This document shows, piece by piece, positions 9,533 to 19,259 of a stretch of 64,000 nucleotides of DNA. The notes under the pieces are model-generated. The model was not told the DNA's origin. It saw nothing but the letters and a program-made list of their open reading frames with translations, and searched no databases. Both the position numbers and the translations under genes were made by a program. Source of the stretch: Candidatus Omnitrophota bacterium. GTDB lineage: Bacteria; Omnitrophota; Gorgyraeia; Gygaellales; Profunditerraquicolaceae. The stretch covers positions 166-64,165 of the forward strand of contig JAKLGJ010000004.1 of the NCBI GenBank assembly GCA_022710715.1, read 5' to 3'. How positions within the stretch are numbered: the first letter of the stretch is position 1; every line of letters begins with the position of its first letter.

Positions 9533-11498
9533 GCAATTGATTATTGTAGAATCGCCTACCAAAGCAAAAACAATCGGCAAGATTATGGGCAAAGATTATT
9601 CGGTAATGTCGACCATGGGACATATGATCGATTTGCCTAAAACCAAGCTGGGAGTGGATATCGAGAAAGGATTTGAACCTTCCTACGTCATCCTTACCGG
9701 GAGAAAAAAAGTCGTCGCTCAATTGAAAAAAGAAGCCGCCGCGGTGGAGCATATCTACATCGCTACCGACCCTGACCGGGAAGGAGAAGCTATCGGCTGG
9801 CATATCAAGGCGAGATTCCTCAAGGATAAGAGCGTATCCCGGGTTAATTTCCACGAGATTACCGCGGAAGCCGTCAAGCACGCTTTTACCCAGCCGCGGG
9901 AATTCGACGCCAATATGATCGAAGCGCAAACCAGCCGCAGGATTCTTGATCGTATCGTGGGTTATTATTTAAGCCCGCTGCTGTGGAAAAAGATCGCCCG
10001 GGGGTTGAGCGCCGGCCGGGTCCAGTCGGTAGCGCTGCGTTTGATCGTGGAACGGGAGCGTCAGATCCAGGCATTCGTGCCGCAGGAATACTGGGAGATT
10101 GAAGCCCGGCTGCAGCAGAAAGCGTCGCCGGCGGTATTTATCGCCAAGCTGACAGCGATCGACGGCCAGAAGGTCCAGGTTGCCGTCAAAGAAGAGGCGG
10201 ATAAGCTGCTGGCGGATATACAGAGCAAGCAGTTTACGGTGCAGGATATCAGGGAAACCGAGAAGCGGCGTAATCCCGACGCGCCGTTTATTACCAGCAC
10301 GCTGCAGCAGGAAGCGTTCAATAAGCTGCGCTATAACGCCGTGAAGACCATGCTGGTCGCCCAGCAGTTGTATGAAGGTATCGATATCGGAGAGGAAACC
10401 CCGGTGGGGTTGATCACCTATATGCGAACCGATTCCACCACCGTTGCCGCCGAGGCGGTAGCCCAGGTCCGCAGCCTTATCGAGGAGAAATACGGCAAGC
10501 CGTATCTGCCCGAGAAGCCGCCGGTGTACAAAAGCAAGAAATTCGCGCAACAGGCGCATGAAGCCATTCGTCCGACGTTGATTCGCCGGCCTCCGGAGAG
10601 CTTGCGGCAATTCCTTACCCCGGAGCAAGCCGAGCTGTATCAGCTTATCTATAACCGTTTTATCGCCAGCCAGATGACTCCCAGCGTGTACAAAGTAATC
10701 AGCGTCGATATCCGGGCGGACCGATATGGTTTTTCCGCCAGCGGCAGCACGCTTCTGTTCGACGGGTTCTCTACGGTCTATGTCAAAGAGGACGAAGAGA
10801 AAGACAAGGAGAAGGAAAAGCAGCACTTGCCCGTGTTGTCCAAAGAGGAGATCCTGGATCTGGTCGGGTTGGACCCTTCCCAGCATTTTACCAAGCCGCC
10901 CGCGCGTTTTTCCGACAGCTCCCTGGTCAAGATACTTGAAGAGGAAGGCATCGGCCGTCCGTCCACCTATGCCCCGATCATCTCCACGTTGATCCAGCGC
11001 GGGTATGTGCATCGGATCAAAGGATATCTTAACCCGTCCGAGCTGGGATTCAAGGTGTGCGATATGCTGGTTTCTTATTTCCCCGAGATACTCGACGTCA
11101 AATTTACCGCCTATATGGAAGAAGAGCTCGATGAGGTCGAAGACGGCACGATCAAGGGCGTCAAGGTTCTGAATGATTTCTATACCCCGTTCAAGAATAG
11201 TTTCGATTACGCGCAAAACAACATCAAAAAAGAAGTGATCGAAGCGGGAGAGAATTGCGAAAAGTGCGGAAAGCCGATGATCATCAAGTGGGGCAGAAAA
11301 GGGAAATTCTTGAGCTGCTCGGGTTTCCCGGAATGCAAGCATTCCAAGTCGATTACCACCGGGATCAAATGCCCGCAGCCCGATTGTACCGGGGAGATCA
11401 TCGAGCGCCGTTCCAAGCGGGGCGCTTTCTACGGCTGCACCCGTTACCCGAACTGCACCTATACCGCCAAGACGCTGCCTGAACAGAAAGAGGAGTGA
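9522..11498 (+). CDS. topA: DNA topoisomerase I with C-terminal zinc-ribbon repeats
   Basis: TOPRIM N-terminus LIIVESPTKAKTIG, the active-site region and C-terminal CxxC zinc fingers. The start overlaps the dprA stop. Confidence 0.95.
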   Translation: MSAKQLIIVESPTKAKTIGKIMGKDYSVMSTMGHMIDLPKTKLGVDIEKGFEPSYVILTGRKKVVAQLKKEAAAVEHIYIATDPDREGEAIGWHIKARFLKDKSVSRVNFHEITAEAVKHAFTQPREFDANMIEAQTSRRILDRIVGYYLSPLLWKKIARGLSAGRVQSVALRLIVERERQIQAFVPQEYWEIEARLQQKASPAVFIAKLTAIDGQKVQVAVKEEADKLLADIQSKQFTVQDIRETEKRRNPDAPFITSTLQQEAFNKLRYNAVKTMLVAQQLYEGIDIGEETPVGLITYMRTDSTTVAAEAVAQVRSLIEEKYGKPYLPEKPPVYKSKKFAQQAHEAIRPTLIRRPPESLRQFLTPEQAELYQLIYNRFIASQMTPSVYKVISVDIRADRYGFSASGSTLLFDGFSTVYVKEDEEKDKEKEKQHLPVLSKEEILDLVGLDPSQHFTKPPARFSDSSLVKILEEEGIGRPSTYAPIISTLIQRGYVHRIKGYLNPSELGFKVCDMLVSYFPEILDVKFTAYMEEELDEVEDGTIKGVKVLNDFYTPFKNSFDYAQNNIKKEVIEAGENCEKCGKPMIIKWGRKGKFLSCSGFPECKHSKSITTGIKCPQPDCTGEIIERRSKRGAFYGCTRYPNCTYTAKTLPEQKEE

Positions 11499-11511
11499 TA
11501 GAGCAGGCTGT

Positions 11512-12372
11512 ATGGAACGCTTTATCGAGAAATTCATCCGCTATCTGGAAATAGAGAAAAATTATTCCCGGCATACCATTCTCAATTACGGCCTGGACCT
11601 GGAAGAATTTCAGCGGTTCCTGGGGAACGTGCCGATAGAAGAGGTGGATTATCTGGGCGTGCGCAAATATCTGGCGTTGCTCAAGGAAAAAAACGCCGAT
11701 CCGCGCACGGTCAGCCGCAAACTTTCTTCGCTGCGCTCTTTTTTCAGATTTCTCTCCCGGGAGGGATTGGTCAAAGCCAATCCCACCAGCGCCGTGGCCA
11801 GCCCCAAGCTGGATAAACATTTACCGGTATTCCTGACCGAGGAAGAAGTGACGCGGTTGATCGAATCCAGCCTGCCCAAGGACGAAGCGGGCGCGCGCGA
11901 CCGGGCCATCCTGGAAACATTCTACAGCACCGGCATCAGAATCAGCGAGCTGGTCGGGTTGAATATCGACGATATCGATCTGATCAGCGGCATCGCTAAA
12001 GTCAGGGGCAAGGGCAAGAAAGAACGCATCGTTCCGGTGGGCGACACCGCTCTGGCCGCGATCCGGGCGTATTTAAATCTAAAGAAAAAAGAGTCCCAGG
12101 CGGTTTTCCTGAATCGCGGCGGCCGGCGCTTGAGCGACCGGGGAGTGCGCGGGATCGTCAGGAAATATATCCTGCGTTCCGGGACCCGGCAGGGCGTATC
12201 TCCGCATACGCTGCGGCATTCCTTCGCCACGCATCTGCTCAACCGCGGCGCCGACCTGCGCACGGTGCAGGAATTGCTGGGGCATGTGAATCTGGCTACC
12301 ACCCAGATTTACACACATCTGACCACGGATAAACTCAAAAGCGTATACGATAAGGCGCATCCGCGCGCGTAG
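11512..12372 (+). CDS. Tyrosine site-specific recombinase of the XerC/XerD family
   Basis: C-terminal RHSFATHLL...LGHxxLATTQIYTH catalytic motif. It sits in the conserved dprA-topA-xer arrangement, so it is chromosomal dimer resolution rather than a mobile-element integrase. Confidence 0.9.
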   Translation: MERFIEKFIRYLEIEKNYSRHTILNYGLDLEEFQRFLGNVPIEEVDYLGVRKYLALLKEKNADPRTVSRKLSSLRSFFRFLSREGLVKANPTSAVASPKLDKHLPVFLTEEEVTRLIESSLPKDEAGARDRAILETFYSTGIRISELVGLNIDDIDLISGIAKVRGKGKKERIVPVGDTALAAIRAYLNLKKKESQAVFLNRGGRRLSDRGVRGIVRKYILRSGTRQGVSPHTLRHSFATHLLNRGADLRTVQELLGHVNLATTQIYTHLTTDKLKSVYDKAHPRA

Positions 12373-12385
12373 AAAAGGTTGATCG

Positions 12386-13654
12386 ATGACGTTCCTGTAC
12401 GATCTGGCTTATTGGCTGTACCTGGTGATGTGCCTGCCGCTGTTTTTGGTAAGAAAAAAAGCCCATCCCGGCCTGGCCATGCGTCTGGGGCGTATCCCCC
12501 GGGAGCTGTCATTCCGCCGGCCGCTGTGGATACACGCGGTGAGTGTCGGCGAGATGATGACCATGAAATCGCTGATCAACCAGATCCGGGGGTTCCTGCC
12601 GCAACAGCAGCTGGTCCTTTCCACGGTTACCCCCACCGGCAACGCGATTGCCCGGAGCATTGCCGCAGGCGACGACGCGGTAATCTACCTGCCGCTGGAT
12701 ATAAGCGGTATCGTCCGCGCCGTCCTTGAACGCGTGCAACCCGGGGCTTTTGTGATCGCAGAGACCGAGTTCTGGCCGAATATGCTCACCGCATTATCTG
12801 AACGGTCGGTCCCGGTGATGATCGTTAACGGCAGGATCTCCGACCGTTCCTTTCCCCGGTATGCATTTGTCCGGAGTGTTTTTCGCCCCTTGCTGAATCG
12901 GGTAACGCTGTTCTGCATGCAGACCGAAACCGACGCCGAAAGATTATGCGCCCTGGGCGTTTCCCGCGACAAGATCAGGGTAACCGGGAACATGAAGTTT
13001 GATTCCGTATCCCAGCCGGTCTCCGGTATCCTGACCAGGCAGCAGTTGGGTATGACCGAGAGCGCGTTCTTGCTGGTCGCCGGAAGCACGCACGCCGGCG
13101 AAGAGGAGTTCTTGCTCGATGCTTTCAAAGAGATGGTCAAGCTGTATCCTTCCTTGAAAATGGTGCTGGCTCCCCGGCATCCCGAGCGCAGCGCGGATGT
13201 GGAAAAACTGGTCGCTGCCCGGTGCCTTTCCGCCTGCAGGATGTCCCGGCTTAGCCGGGATCCCGATTCCGCCGCCGCAGAAATATTCATCCTGGATACC
13301 GTCGGTCAGTTGACCGCGGTCTACAGCCTGGCCGATATCGTTTTTATCGGGGGCAGTCTGGTGAAAACCGGGGGGCACAATATCCTGGAACCCGCGGCGC
13401 TGGCCAAGCCGGTGGTCTGCGGTCCCTATATGTTCAACTTCCGGGATATCATCGATCTGTTTGTGCGTCATGAAGCGGTCTGGCAGATCAAGCGGCCGCA
13501 GGAACTCTCGGACGCGTTCAGGGCCCTGCTTGAGACGCCCGGCCGGCGCCAGGCTCTGGGGAAAAAGGGGCAGGAGCTGGTGCTGCGCAATAAGGGCGCC
13601 ACCGCGCGCACCGCGACTTATTTAAAAGAGATTTTACTTACGTTGAAAAAGTGA
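12386..13654 (+). CDS. waaA: 3-deoxy-D-manno-octulosonic acid (Kdo) transferase
   Basis: WIHAVSVGE motif and a GT30 fold length of 422 aa. Confidence 0.9.
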   Translation: MTFLYDLAYWLYLVMCLPLFLVRKKAHPGLAMRLGRIPRELSFRRPLWIHAVSVGEMMTMKSLINQIRGFLPQQQLVLSTVTPTGNAIARSIAAGDDAVIYLPLDISGIVRAVLERVQPGAFVIAETEFWPNMLTALSERSVPVMIVNGRISDRSFPRYAFVRSVFRPLLNRVTLFCMQTETDAERLCALGVSRDKIRVTGNMKFDSVSQPVSGILTRQQLGMTESAFLLVAGSTHAGEEEFLLDAFKEMVKLYPSLKMVLAPRHPERSADVEKLVAARCLSACRMSRLSRDPDSAAAEIFILDTVGQLTAVYSLADIVFIGGSLVKTGGHNILEPAALAKPVVCGPYMFNFRDIIDLFVRHEAVWQIKRPQELSDAFRALLETPGRRQALGKKGQELVLRNKGATARTATYLKEILLTLKK

Positions 13655-13667
13655 TACAATAACTCCT

Positions 13668-14309
13668 ATGAGAAAAGTCGGCTTCACTCTGGTTGAATTG
13701 ATCGTGGTGATTGCCATCATCGCTCTTCTGTCGGCGACAATCGCGCCCAACGCTTTCCGGGCTATCGAGAAAGCGAAAGTAACCAAGGCGGCGGCGGATA
13801 TCCGGACCATTGCCAAGGCCATGGAAATACTCTATAGCGATACCGGCGACCGGACGACCTGCATCAACGCTCCGCCGCATTGCGCGCCCATCATGCGCAA
13901 CGGCTGCTGCGCGGTCTGGGGCGGCAACACCTGCTGCACCAAAACCGGCAGTTTGCCCGGCTGGGACGGTCCGTATCTTGAAGGCGGCCGGGGCGCGGAC
14001 ATGACTCCCTGGGGCGGGACGTATTTGATCCAGAACGGAGCGCTGACGTGTGTTGCGGGGTATCCGCTTAATCTTGTCGGCGGGGCCCGGGGAGAAATAT
14101 GGATCGATATCGATAACCTCGGGTTTAACAACAACGTTAACGGCGCTGCGCCCATGCCGCTGCAATCCGCGCAGATGATGGATCTGGTTTATGACGATAA
14201 TAACCTGGCCACCGGCAATATCGGGCGCGGCGGGTCGGCCAGCAGTAGCGATCCGAGCGACGTGCACTGGGTTATATCCGTGGATGTAGAACCTACCTCT
14301 TGCTGGTAG
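13668..14309 (+). CDS. Prepilin-type N-terminal cleavage/methylation domain protein (pseudopilin/pilin-like), Cys-rich
   Basis: N-terminus GFTLVELIVVIAIIALL (class III signal peptide). The globular part carries about 10 Cys, including CC pairs. Confidence 0.75.
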   Translation: MRKVGFTLVELIVVIAIIALLSATIAPNAFRAIEKAKVTKAAADIRTIAKAMEILYSDTGDRTTCINAPPHCAPIMRNGCCAVWGGNTCCTKTGSLPGWDGPYLEGGRGADMTPWGGTYLIQNGALTCVAGYPLNLVGGARGEIWIDIDNLGFNNNVNGAAPMPLQSAQMMDLVYDDNNLATGNIGRGGSASSSDPSDVHWVISVDVEPTSCW

Positions 14310-14329
14310 CGCTGCCTGTTAAAACAGCT

Positions 14330-15046
14330 ATGTTAGAGATCAAATCCCGAAGAATAAAGACGACGGTCATCCTGGAACTCTCGGGCACCATCGATATCGA
14401 TTCCGCGAATCTCATCGAACGGGTCGGCCAGGCCCTGACCGACGGTTACCGCGATATCCTCTGCGATTTCGAAAGCGTCACCTCCGTGGATTACTCCGGG
14501 CTTTCTGCTCTGGCGATCGCTTTCAAAAATACGGTCAACCATAAAGGCAGGATGAAATTCTTCAGCGTCCCGGCGCATATCATGAAGACGTTCAGCCTGG
14601 TGTGCCTGGACAAGGTTTTCGAGATTTTTCCCGACGAAAAAAGCGCGCTCAAGAGCCTGGAAGACGATACGCATATTTCGGAAATACAGCGTAAGAACCT
14701 GCGTCGCAGGTTCAAGCGTTTGCCGCTGGATATCGACATCCAGTTCAAATCCCTCTTCGATCAGCAATTCCATCACGGCAAGGTGATGAATATCAGCGGC
14801 ATCGGCATGCTGGTTTTTGCCGAGAAGGTCTATCCCATCGGAGAGATACTGGAAATGAAAGTATCCTTGTTGCCCATCGCCCCGATGCTGGCACTTAAAG
14901 GAAAAGTGGTCTGGTTGATCCAGAAAGAGATCCAGCCGCAGTTTTACCCGGGCATGGGGATCGAATATTATCACATCGATTGCCCCACCCAGGAAAAGAT
15001 CCTGGAGTTCATTGAGCGCAACCTGCCGTTGGATTCTCCAAGTTGA
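14330..15046 (+). CDS. STAS (anti-sigma-factor antagonist-like) domain fused to a PilZ (c-di-GMP binding) domain
   Basis: N-terminus ILELSGTIDIDSANLIE is STAS-like. C-terminus has RRRFKR...DISGIG, matching the PilZ RxxxR and D/NxSxxG motifs. Confidence 0.65.
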   Translation: MLEIKSRRIKTTVILELSGTIDIDSANLIERVGQALTDGYRDILCDFESVTSVDYSGLSALAIAFKNTVNHKGRMKFFSVPAHIMKTFSLVCLDKVFEIFPDEKSALKSLEDDTHISEIQRKNLRRRFKRLPLDIDIQFKSLFDQQFHHGKVMNISGIGMLVFAEKVYPIGEILEMKVSLLPIAPMLALKGKVVWLIQKEIQPQFYPGMGIEYYHIDCPTQEKILEFIERNLPLDSPS

Positions 15047-15065
15047 CCCTATAAAGACAGCGCGG

Positions 15066-15776
15066 ATGCATACGTACGCACGATCCCCGAAACCCGCCGC
15101 AGTAATCTTCGACATGGACGGAGTGATTGTCGATTCCATGCCGTATCATTTTCTGGCCTGGTATGAAACGCTGCGCGGATGGGGTATCCGGGTAAGTTGT
15201 TTTGACGTCTATACCAAAGAGGGCGAGCGCTGGGACAAGTCATTGAAAGATTTCCTTATCCGCGCCCGGGTGCGGCCGACGCCCGCGGTGCTGCGGACCA
15301 TCTTTAACCGGCGCCAGCGTATTTTCAAGAAATATTTCAAGCGATTCATCTTCAAAGGATCGGCGCAGCTGCTGGCCTGTTTGAAAAAACGCAGGTATAA
15401 GCTGGCTTTGGTGACCGGCACGCCTTTGTCCGAAGTGCGCAAGATCCTCCCGGCGCATACCCGCAATTATTTCGACTGTATCGTCGCCGGAGACGACGTC
15501 AAGCAGGGAAAGCCGCATCCGGAGCCTTACCTGAAAGCCGGCGCGCTGCTGCAGCTGTCTCCGCGGGAATGCGTGGTGGTGGAGAATGCGCCTTTCGGGA
15601 TCGAATCCGCCAAGCGGGCCGGCATGTTCTGCGTAGCCGTGACCACCAGCCTGCCGGCGGCATATTTGAAACGGGCGGACAGGATCGTGGACAGTCTGGA
15701 AGCGATCCCTGCGGTGATTGCCGGCGTCTGTTCGACGGGCGGCGCAGCCGGCCGACGTAAAAAGGAGCGAAGATGA
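15066..15776 (+). CDS. HAD-superfamily hydrolase (beta-phosphoglucomutase/phosphatase-like)
   Basis: AVIFDMDGVIVDS motif I; VTGTP motif II; the K and GDD motifs. Confidence 0.8.
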   Translation: MHTYARSPKPAAVIFDMDGVIVDSMPYHFLAWYETLRGWGIRVSCFDVYTKEGERWDKSLKDFLIRARVRPTPAVLRTIFNRRQRIFKKYFKRFIFKGSAQLLACLKKRRYKLALVTGTPLSEVRKILPAHTRNYFDCIVAGDDVKQGKPHPEPYLKAGALLQLSPRECVVVENAPFGIESAKRAGMFCVAVTTSLPAAYLKRADRIVDSLEAIPAVIAGVCSTGGAAGRRKKERR

Positions 15777-16117
15777 AAAAGATCATTCTGATGTGCGCGC
15801 TGTCCGTGTTTTTAGCGCAGGCGGGGGCGCGGGCCAATCCTCCCCGGGACGCCAGGCTCACGGCTGCCGGCGAGGCGGTGACTGTCATCATCGACCATCC
15901 GGTGAGCGATCCCGCGACGCATTACGTGAAACTGGTCAGAATTACCCAGGAGGGACTGGCGCCGGTGGAAAAGAGCCTGTCTACCCAGGAACCGGCGGGC
16001 GTCACCTTGAGTATTGAGATTGCCGGGTTGCGGACAGACAAACCGATCACGGTAGAAGCTTTTTGTTCGCGGTACGGATCGATCAGCAGAACGATCTCGC
16101 CGGATACCGCTTCCTGA
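15773..16117 (+). CDS. Small secreted protein (114 aa) with a signal peptide; fold unknown
   Basis: MKKIILMCALSVFLAQAGA signal peptide; strong AAGGAGCG SD; overlaps the upstream stop. It is immediately upstream of copA. Confidence 0.5.
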   Translation: MKKIILMCALSVFLAQAGARANPPRDARLTAAGEAVTVIIDHPVSDPATHYVKLVRITQEGLAPVEKSLSTQEPAGVTLSIEIAGLRTDKPITVEAFCSRYGSISRTISPDTAS

Positions 16118-16118
16118 C

Positions 16119-16364
16119 ATGCATACTGCGCGCTGGCTGGGAATAACGAATCTCGTCCTTTTTGTCTGTTTGCTGGTTCAAGCGGGCAGCGGTTTTTTGC
16201 TTCTGGCGGCAGATTCCGGCGTACTCATCCGTCTTCATATCGTCAATGCCGTTGTTTTTTCTGCGGTCGCAGGTCTGCATATCGCACTTAACTGGGGCTG
16301 GATCCGTTCGCGTTTGAACATTCCTTTTGCCGGCGGGCGCCGGCAGGACAGGAGGCTGTCGTGA
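16119..16364 (+). CDS. Small two-helix membrane protein (DUF4405-like, His-containing)
   Basis: Two hydrophobic helices with conserved His and an NWGW motif. Overlaps the copA start. Confidence 0.45.
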   Translation: MHTARWLGITNLVLFVCLLVQAGSGFLLLAADSGVLIRLHIVNAVVFSAVAGLHIALNWGWIRSRLNIPFAGGRRQDRRLS

Positions 16365-18598
16365 AAGGTTTGACCAAAACAGTAATCCGGGTTAAAGGCA
16401 TGCATTGCGCCAGTTGTGTGGCTGGCATCGAAGAGCTTCTCAAAAAGACGCCGGGAGTAAAGGACGCCAGTGTGAATTTCGGCACCGAACAGGCATTTAT
16501 CGAACATGATCCCGAAGCCGTTCCGGTAAACGCATTGCATCAAGCGATCCGTTCCGCAGGATTCCGCACCGAAGAAGAAGCGCCGGATTTTTCGTCGCAC
16601 CACCACCATGCAGAAAAAGACATAACCGTTTTGCGCCTGCAATTCCTGGTTGCCGCGCTCCTGTCCGTGCCGTTGATGTACGTGGCGATGGCGGATATGT
16701 TCGATCTGCCTCTTCCCGCAATTATCCGGAACAATTCCCCGCTGGTCCAGTTCTTGCTGGCAACGCCCGTAGTGCTGGTTTGCGGTTACCAGTTCTTCGT
16801 GCGGGGTTTTCTGGCGCTGGCACGCACGCGCCTGGCCACCATGGATACGCTGGTAGCTCTGGGGGTGAGCGCCGCCTATCTCTACAGCCTGATCATTTCC
16901 ATCGATATCTGGGGAAGCGGCAATGTCTATACCGGCGTGCATCTCTATTATGAAACCGCGGCATTCCTGATCACCTTTATTCTCCTGGGTAAGTATCTGG
17001 AGGCCGGCGCCCGCGGCAAGACGTCGGAAGCGATAAAGAAGCTGATCGCTCTTGCGCCGGATACGACGCTGGTGTTGCGTGACGGCAGGGAGCACTCTCT
17101 CCCGGTGGAACAGGTCATTATCGGCGATATCATCGTGGTCAAACCCGGTCAGCGTATCGCTGTGGACGGTATCGTCATCGAAGGCTATTCCGGCGTCGAT
17201 GAATCCATGATTACCGGCGAGAGCATTCCGGTGGAGAAGGCTCCGGGTAAGCAGGTGATCGCCGGAACCCTCAACAAGACCGGCAGTTTCAAATTCGAAG
17301 CGCTCAAGGTGGGAAAAGATACCATGCTGGCCCAGATTATCCGCCTGGTGCAGGCGGCGCAGGGATCAAAAGCGCCGATCCAGAATCTCGCGGACACGAT
17401 CTCCGCGTATTTCGTGCCTGCGGTGCTCGTTATCGCGCTCTGCGCCTTTCTTATCTGGCAGCTCCTGGGCATGGAATTCTTCAAGACCCTGGAAATATTT
17501 ATTTCGGTTCTCATCATCGCCTGTCCCTGCGCATTGGGTCTGGCAACGCCTACTGCGGTAATGGTCGGTACGGGTATCGGCGCGCAGAACGGTATTCTGA
17601 TCAAAAAAGCCGCCTCGCTTGAGCTGGCGCATAAGATCGATACCATCGTGCTGGACAAAACCGGCACGCTTACCCGGGGCGAACCGAAAGTGACCGATGT
17701 GATCGGATACGGTAAGACCCGGCAGGAGATACTTGCTTTTGCCGCTTCGGTGGAGAAAAGTTCCGAGCATCCGCTGGCCGATGCGCTGGTTAAAAGCGCG
17801 GAAGAAGAAACCGTCGCTTTGAAACCGGTCGAGGATTTTCTTTCGCTTCCCGGCAAAGGGGTTATGGGGAAGGTCGAGGCGGAAATGGTTTTTCTGGGTA
17901 ACCGCAAATTGATCGAGTCGAAAAATATCGAGCTGCCGGTCAGGATCAAAGAAGACGCGGAACGGCTGGAGAGCGAAGGAAAAACCGTGATGTTCGTCGC
18001 CCGGCACAATAAGATGATCGGCCTGGTGGCGGTCGGCGATACGCTGAAGAATTTCTCCCTCGAAGCCGTGGCGGCATTGAAGAGATCAGGGCGGCAGGTG
18101 ATCATGATTACCGGCGACAACAAACGTACGGCGCAGGCGATCGCTAAATTGATCTCGCTGGACCAGGTGATTGCCGAGGTCCTGCCCCAGGAGAAGGCGG
18201 AAAAGATCAAGGAATTGCAGTCCCGCGGCAGGAAGGTGGCCATGGTCGGCGACGGGATCAATGACGCCCCGGCGCTGACGCAGGCGGATATCGGGATTGC
18301 CCTGGGCTCGGGAACGGATATCGCCATCGAGGCGGGCGATATCGTTCTGGTCAAAGACGATTTGCGGGATGTGGTCATGGCGCTGGACCTGTCGCGGTAT
18401 ACCATGAAGAAAATACGTCAGAATTTATTCTGGGCGTTGATCTATAACCTGATCGGTATTCCCATCGCCGCCGGCGTTTTATCCGCATATAATTTGCACA
18501 TTAACCCCGTGGTGGCCGCGATAGCCATGGCGTTCAGTTCGGTATCCGTGGTCGGCAACGCGCTTTTGATGCGCAGATACCGCCGTCCGGCAGTGTGA
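16361..18598 (+). CDS. copA: Copper-translocating P1B-type ATPase
   Basis: N-terminal HMA domain (GMHCASCV), transmembrane CPC motif, DKTGTLT phosphorylation site and GDGINDAP. Confidence 0.95.
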   Translation: MKGLTKTVIRVKGMHCASCVAGIEELLKKTPGVKDASVNFGTEQAFIEHDPEAVPVNALHQAIRSAGFRTEEEAPDFSSHHHHAEKDITVLRLQFLVAALLSVPLMYVAMADMFDLPLPAIIRNNSPLVQFLLATPVVLVCGYQFFVRGFLALARTRLATMDTLVALGVSAAYLYSLIISIDIWGSGNVYTGVHLYYETAAFLITFILLGKYLEAGARGKTSEAIKKLIALAPDTTLVLRDGREHSLPVEQVIIGDIIVVKPGQRIAVDGIVIEGYSGVDESMITGESIPVEKAPGKQVIAGTLNKTGSFKFEALKVGKDTMLAQIIRLVQAAQGSKAPIQNLADTISAYFVPAVLVIALCAFLIWQLLGMEFFKTLEIFISVLIIACPCALGLATPTAVMVGTGIGAQNGILIKKAASLELAHKIDTIVLDKTGTLTRGEPKVTDVIGYGKTRQEILAFAASVEKSSEHPLADALVKSAEEETVALKPVEDFLSLPGKGVMGKVEAEMVFLGNRKLIESKNIELPVRIKEDAERLESEGKTVMFVARHNKMIGLVAVGDTLKNFSLEAVAALKRSGRQVIMITGDNKRTAQAIAKLISLDQVIAEVLPQEKAEKIKELQSRGRKVAMVGDGINDAPALTQADIGIALGSGTDIAIEAGDIVLVKDDLRDVVMALDLSRYTMKKIRQNLFWALIYNLIGIPIAAGVLSAYNLHINPVVAAIAMAFSSVSVVGNALLMRRYRRPAV

Positions 18599-18606
18599 GG
18601 TCTCCT

Positions 18607-19107
18607 ATGGATTGCATTGATCTGATCAAGAAGAGAAGAAGCGTGCGGGAGTTTGACCCAAAACCGGTAAGCCGGGATGTTCTGGAGCGGATTATTGATG
18701 CCGCGCGTTTTGCGCCCACTGCCCGGGGAGTGCAACCCTGGGAGTTCGTGGTTATCACGCAGTCCCCGATGTTGAAGCAGATCGGCGAGACCACCGATCA
18801 CGGCAGATTTATCGCCCAATCGGCGGCCTGCATCGCTGTTTTCTCCCAGGATACTAAATACTATCTTGAAGATGGTTCTGCGGCAACCCAGAACGCCATG
18901 CTGGCTGCTGCTGCGTTGGGCGTGGGTTCATGCTGGGTTGCCGGGGATAAAAAACCATACGCCGCCAGGATCAATGAGCTGCTGGGCGTGCCCCCGTCCT
19001 ATAAGCTGGTCAGTCTGATCGCCCTGGGATATCCGCTTACCGGCAAAAGTTTTCGCATCGTGGCAAAACGGCCGCTTGCCAATCTCCTCCACTGGGAGGA
19101 ATTCTAA
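18607..19107 (+). CDS. Nitroreductase-family (FMN) protein
   Basis: Nitroreductase-fold signature (RRSVREF...PTARGVQPWEFVV); 167 aa. Confidence 0.85.
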   Translation: MDCIDLIKKRRSVREFDPKPVSRDVLERIIDAARFAPTARGVQPWEFVVITQSPMLKQIGETTDHGRFIAQSAACIAVFSQDTKYYLEDGSAATQNAMLAAAALGVGSCWVAGDKKPYAARINELLGVPPSYKLVSLIALGYPLTGKSFRIVAKRPLANLLHWEEF

Positions 19108-19259
19108 GCAAACGCTTCCAGAAATATTTTTTATCTCCTTGCAAAAGATAACGTTGCGTAGTATATTTTATACATGCGCAGCGGCGTTCCCTGCTGCGGT
19201 ACCGGGTCTGCAGTATGTCAGGGTCAGTGGTTTTTTTGTACCGTGCGAGGTAGACTGGA

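Noticed and set aside
9969-11537. Long minus-strand ORFs antisense to topA (522 aa) and similar ones antisense to copA (16235-17095, 17185-18405), EF-G (20376-21455), the GH94-like gene (27735-28718), GT9 (36769-37671) and the V-ATPase A/B subunits (53932-55885)
   Set aside because: These are typical high-GC antisense open frames. They have low-complexity Arg/Ala/Pro-rich translations and no start context, and the sense-strand genes have unambiguous homology.
11512-12372. Tyrosine recombinase as a sign of an integrated mobile element
   Set aside because: It lies in the conserved housekeeping dprA-topA-xer arrangement. There are no flanking direct repeats, tRNA, phage or transposase genes, so XerC/D-type dimer resolution is the better reading.
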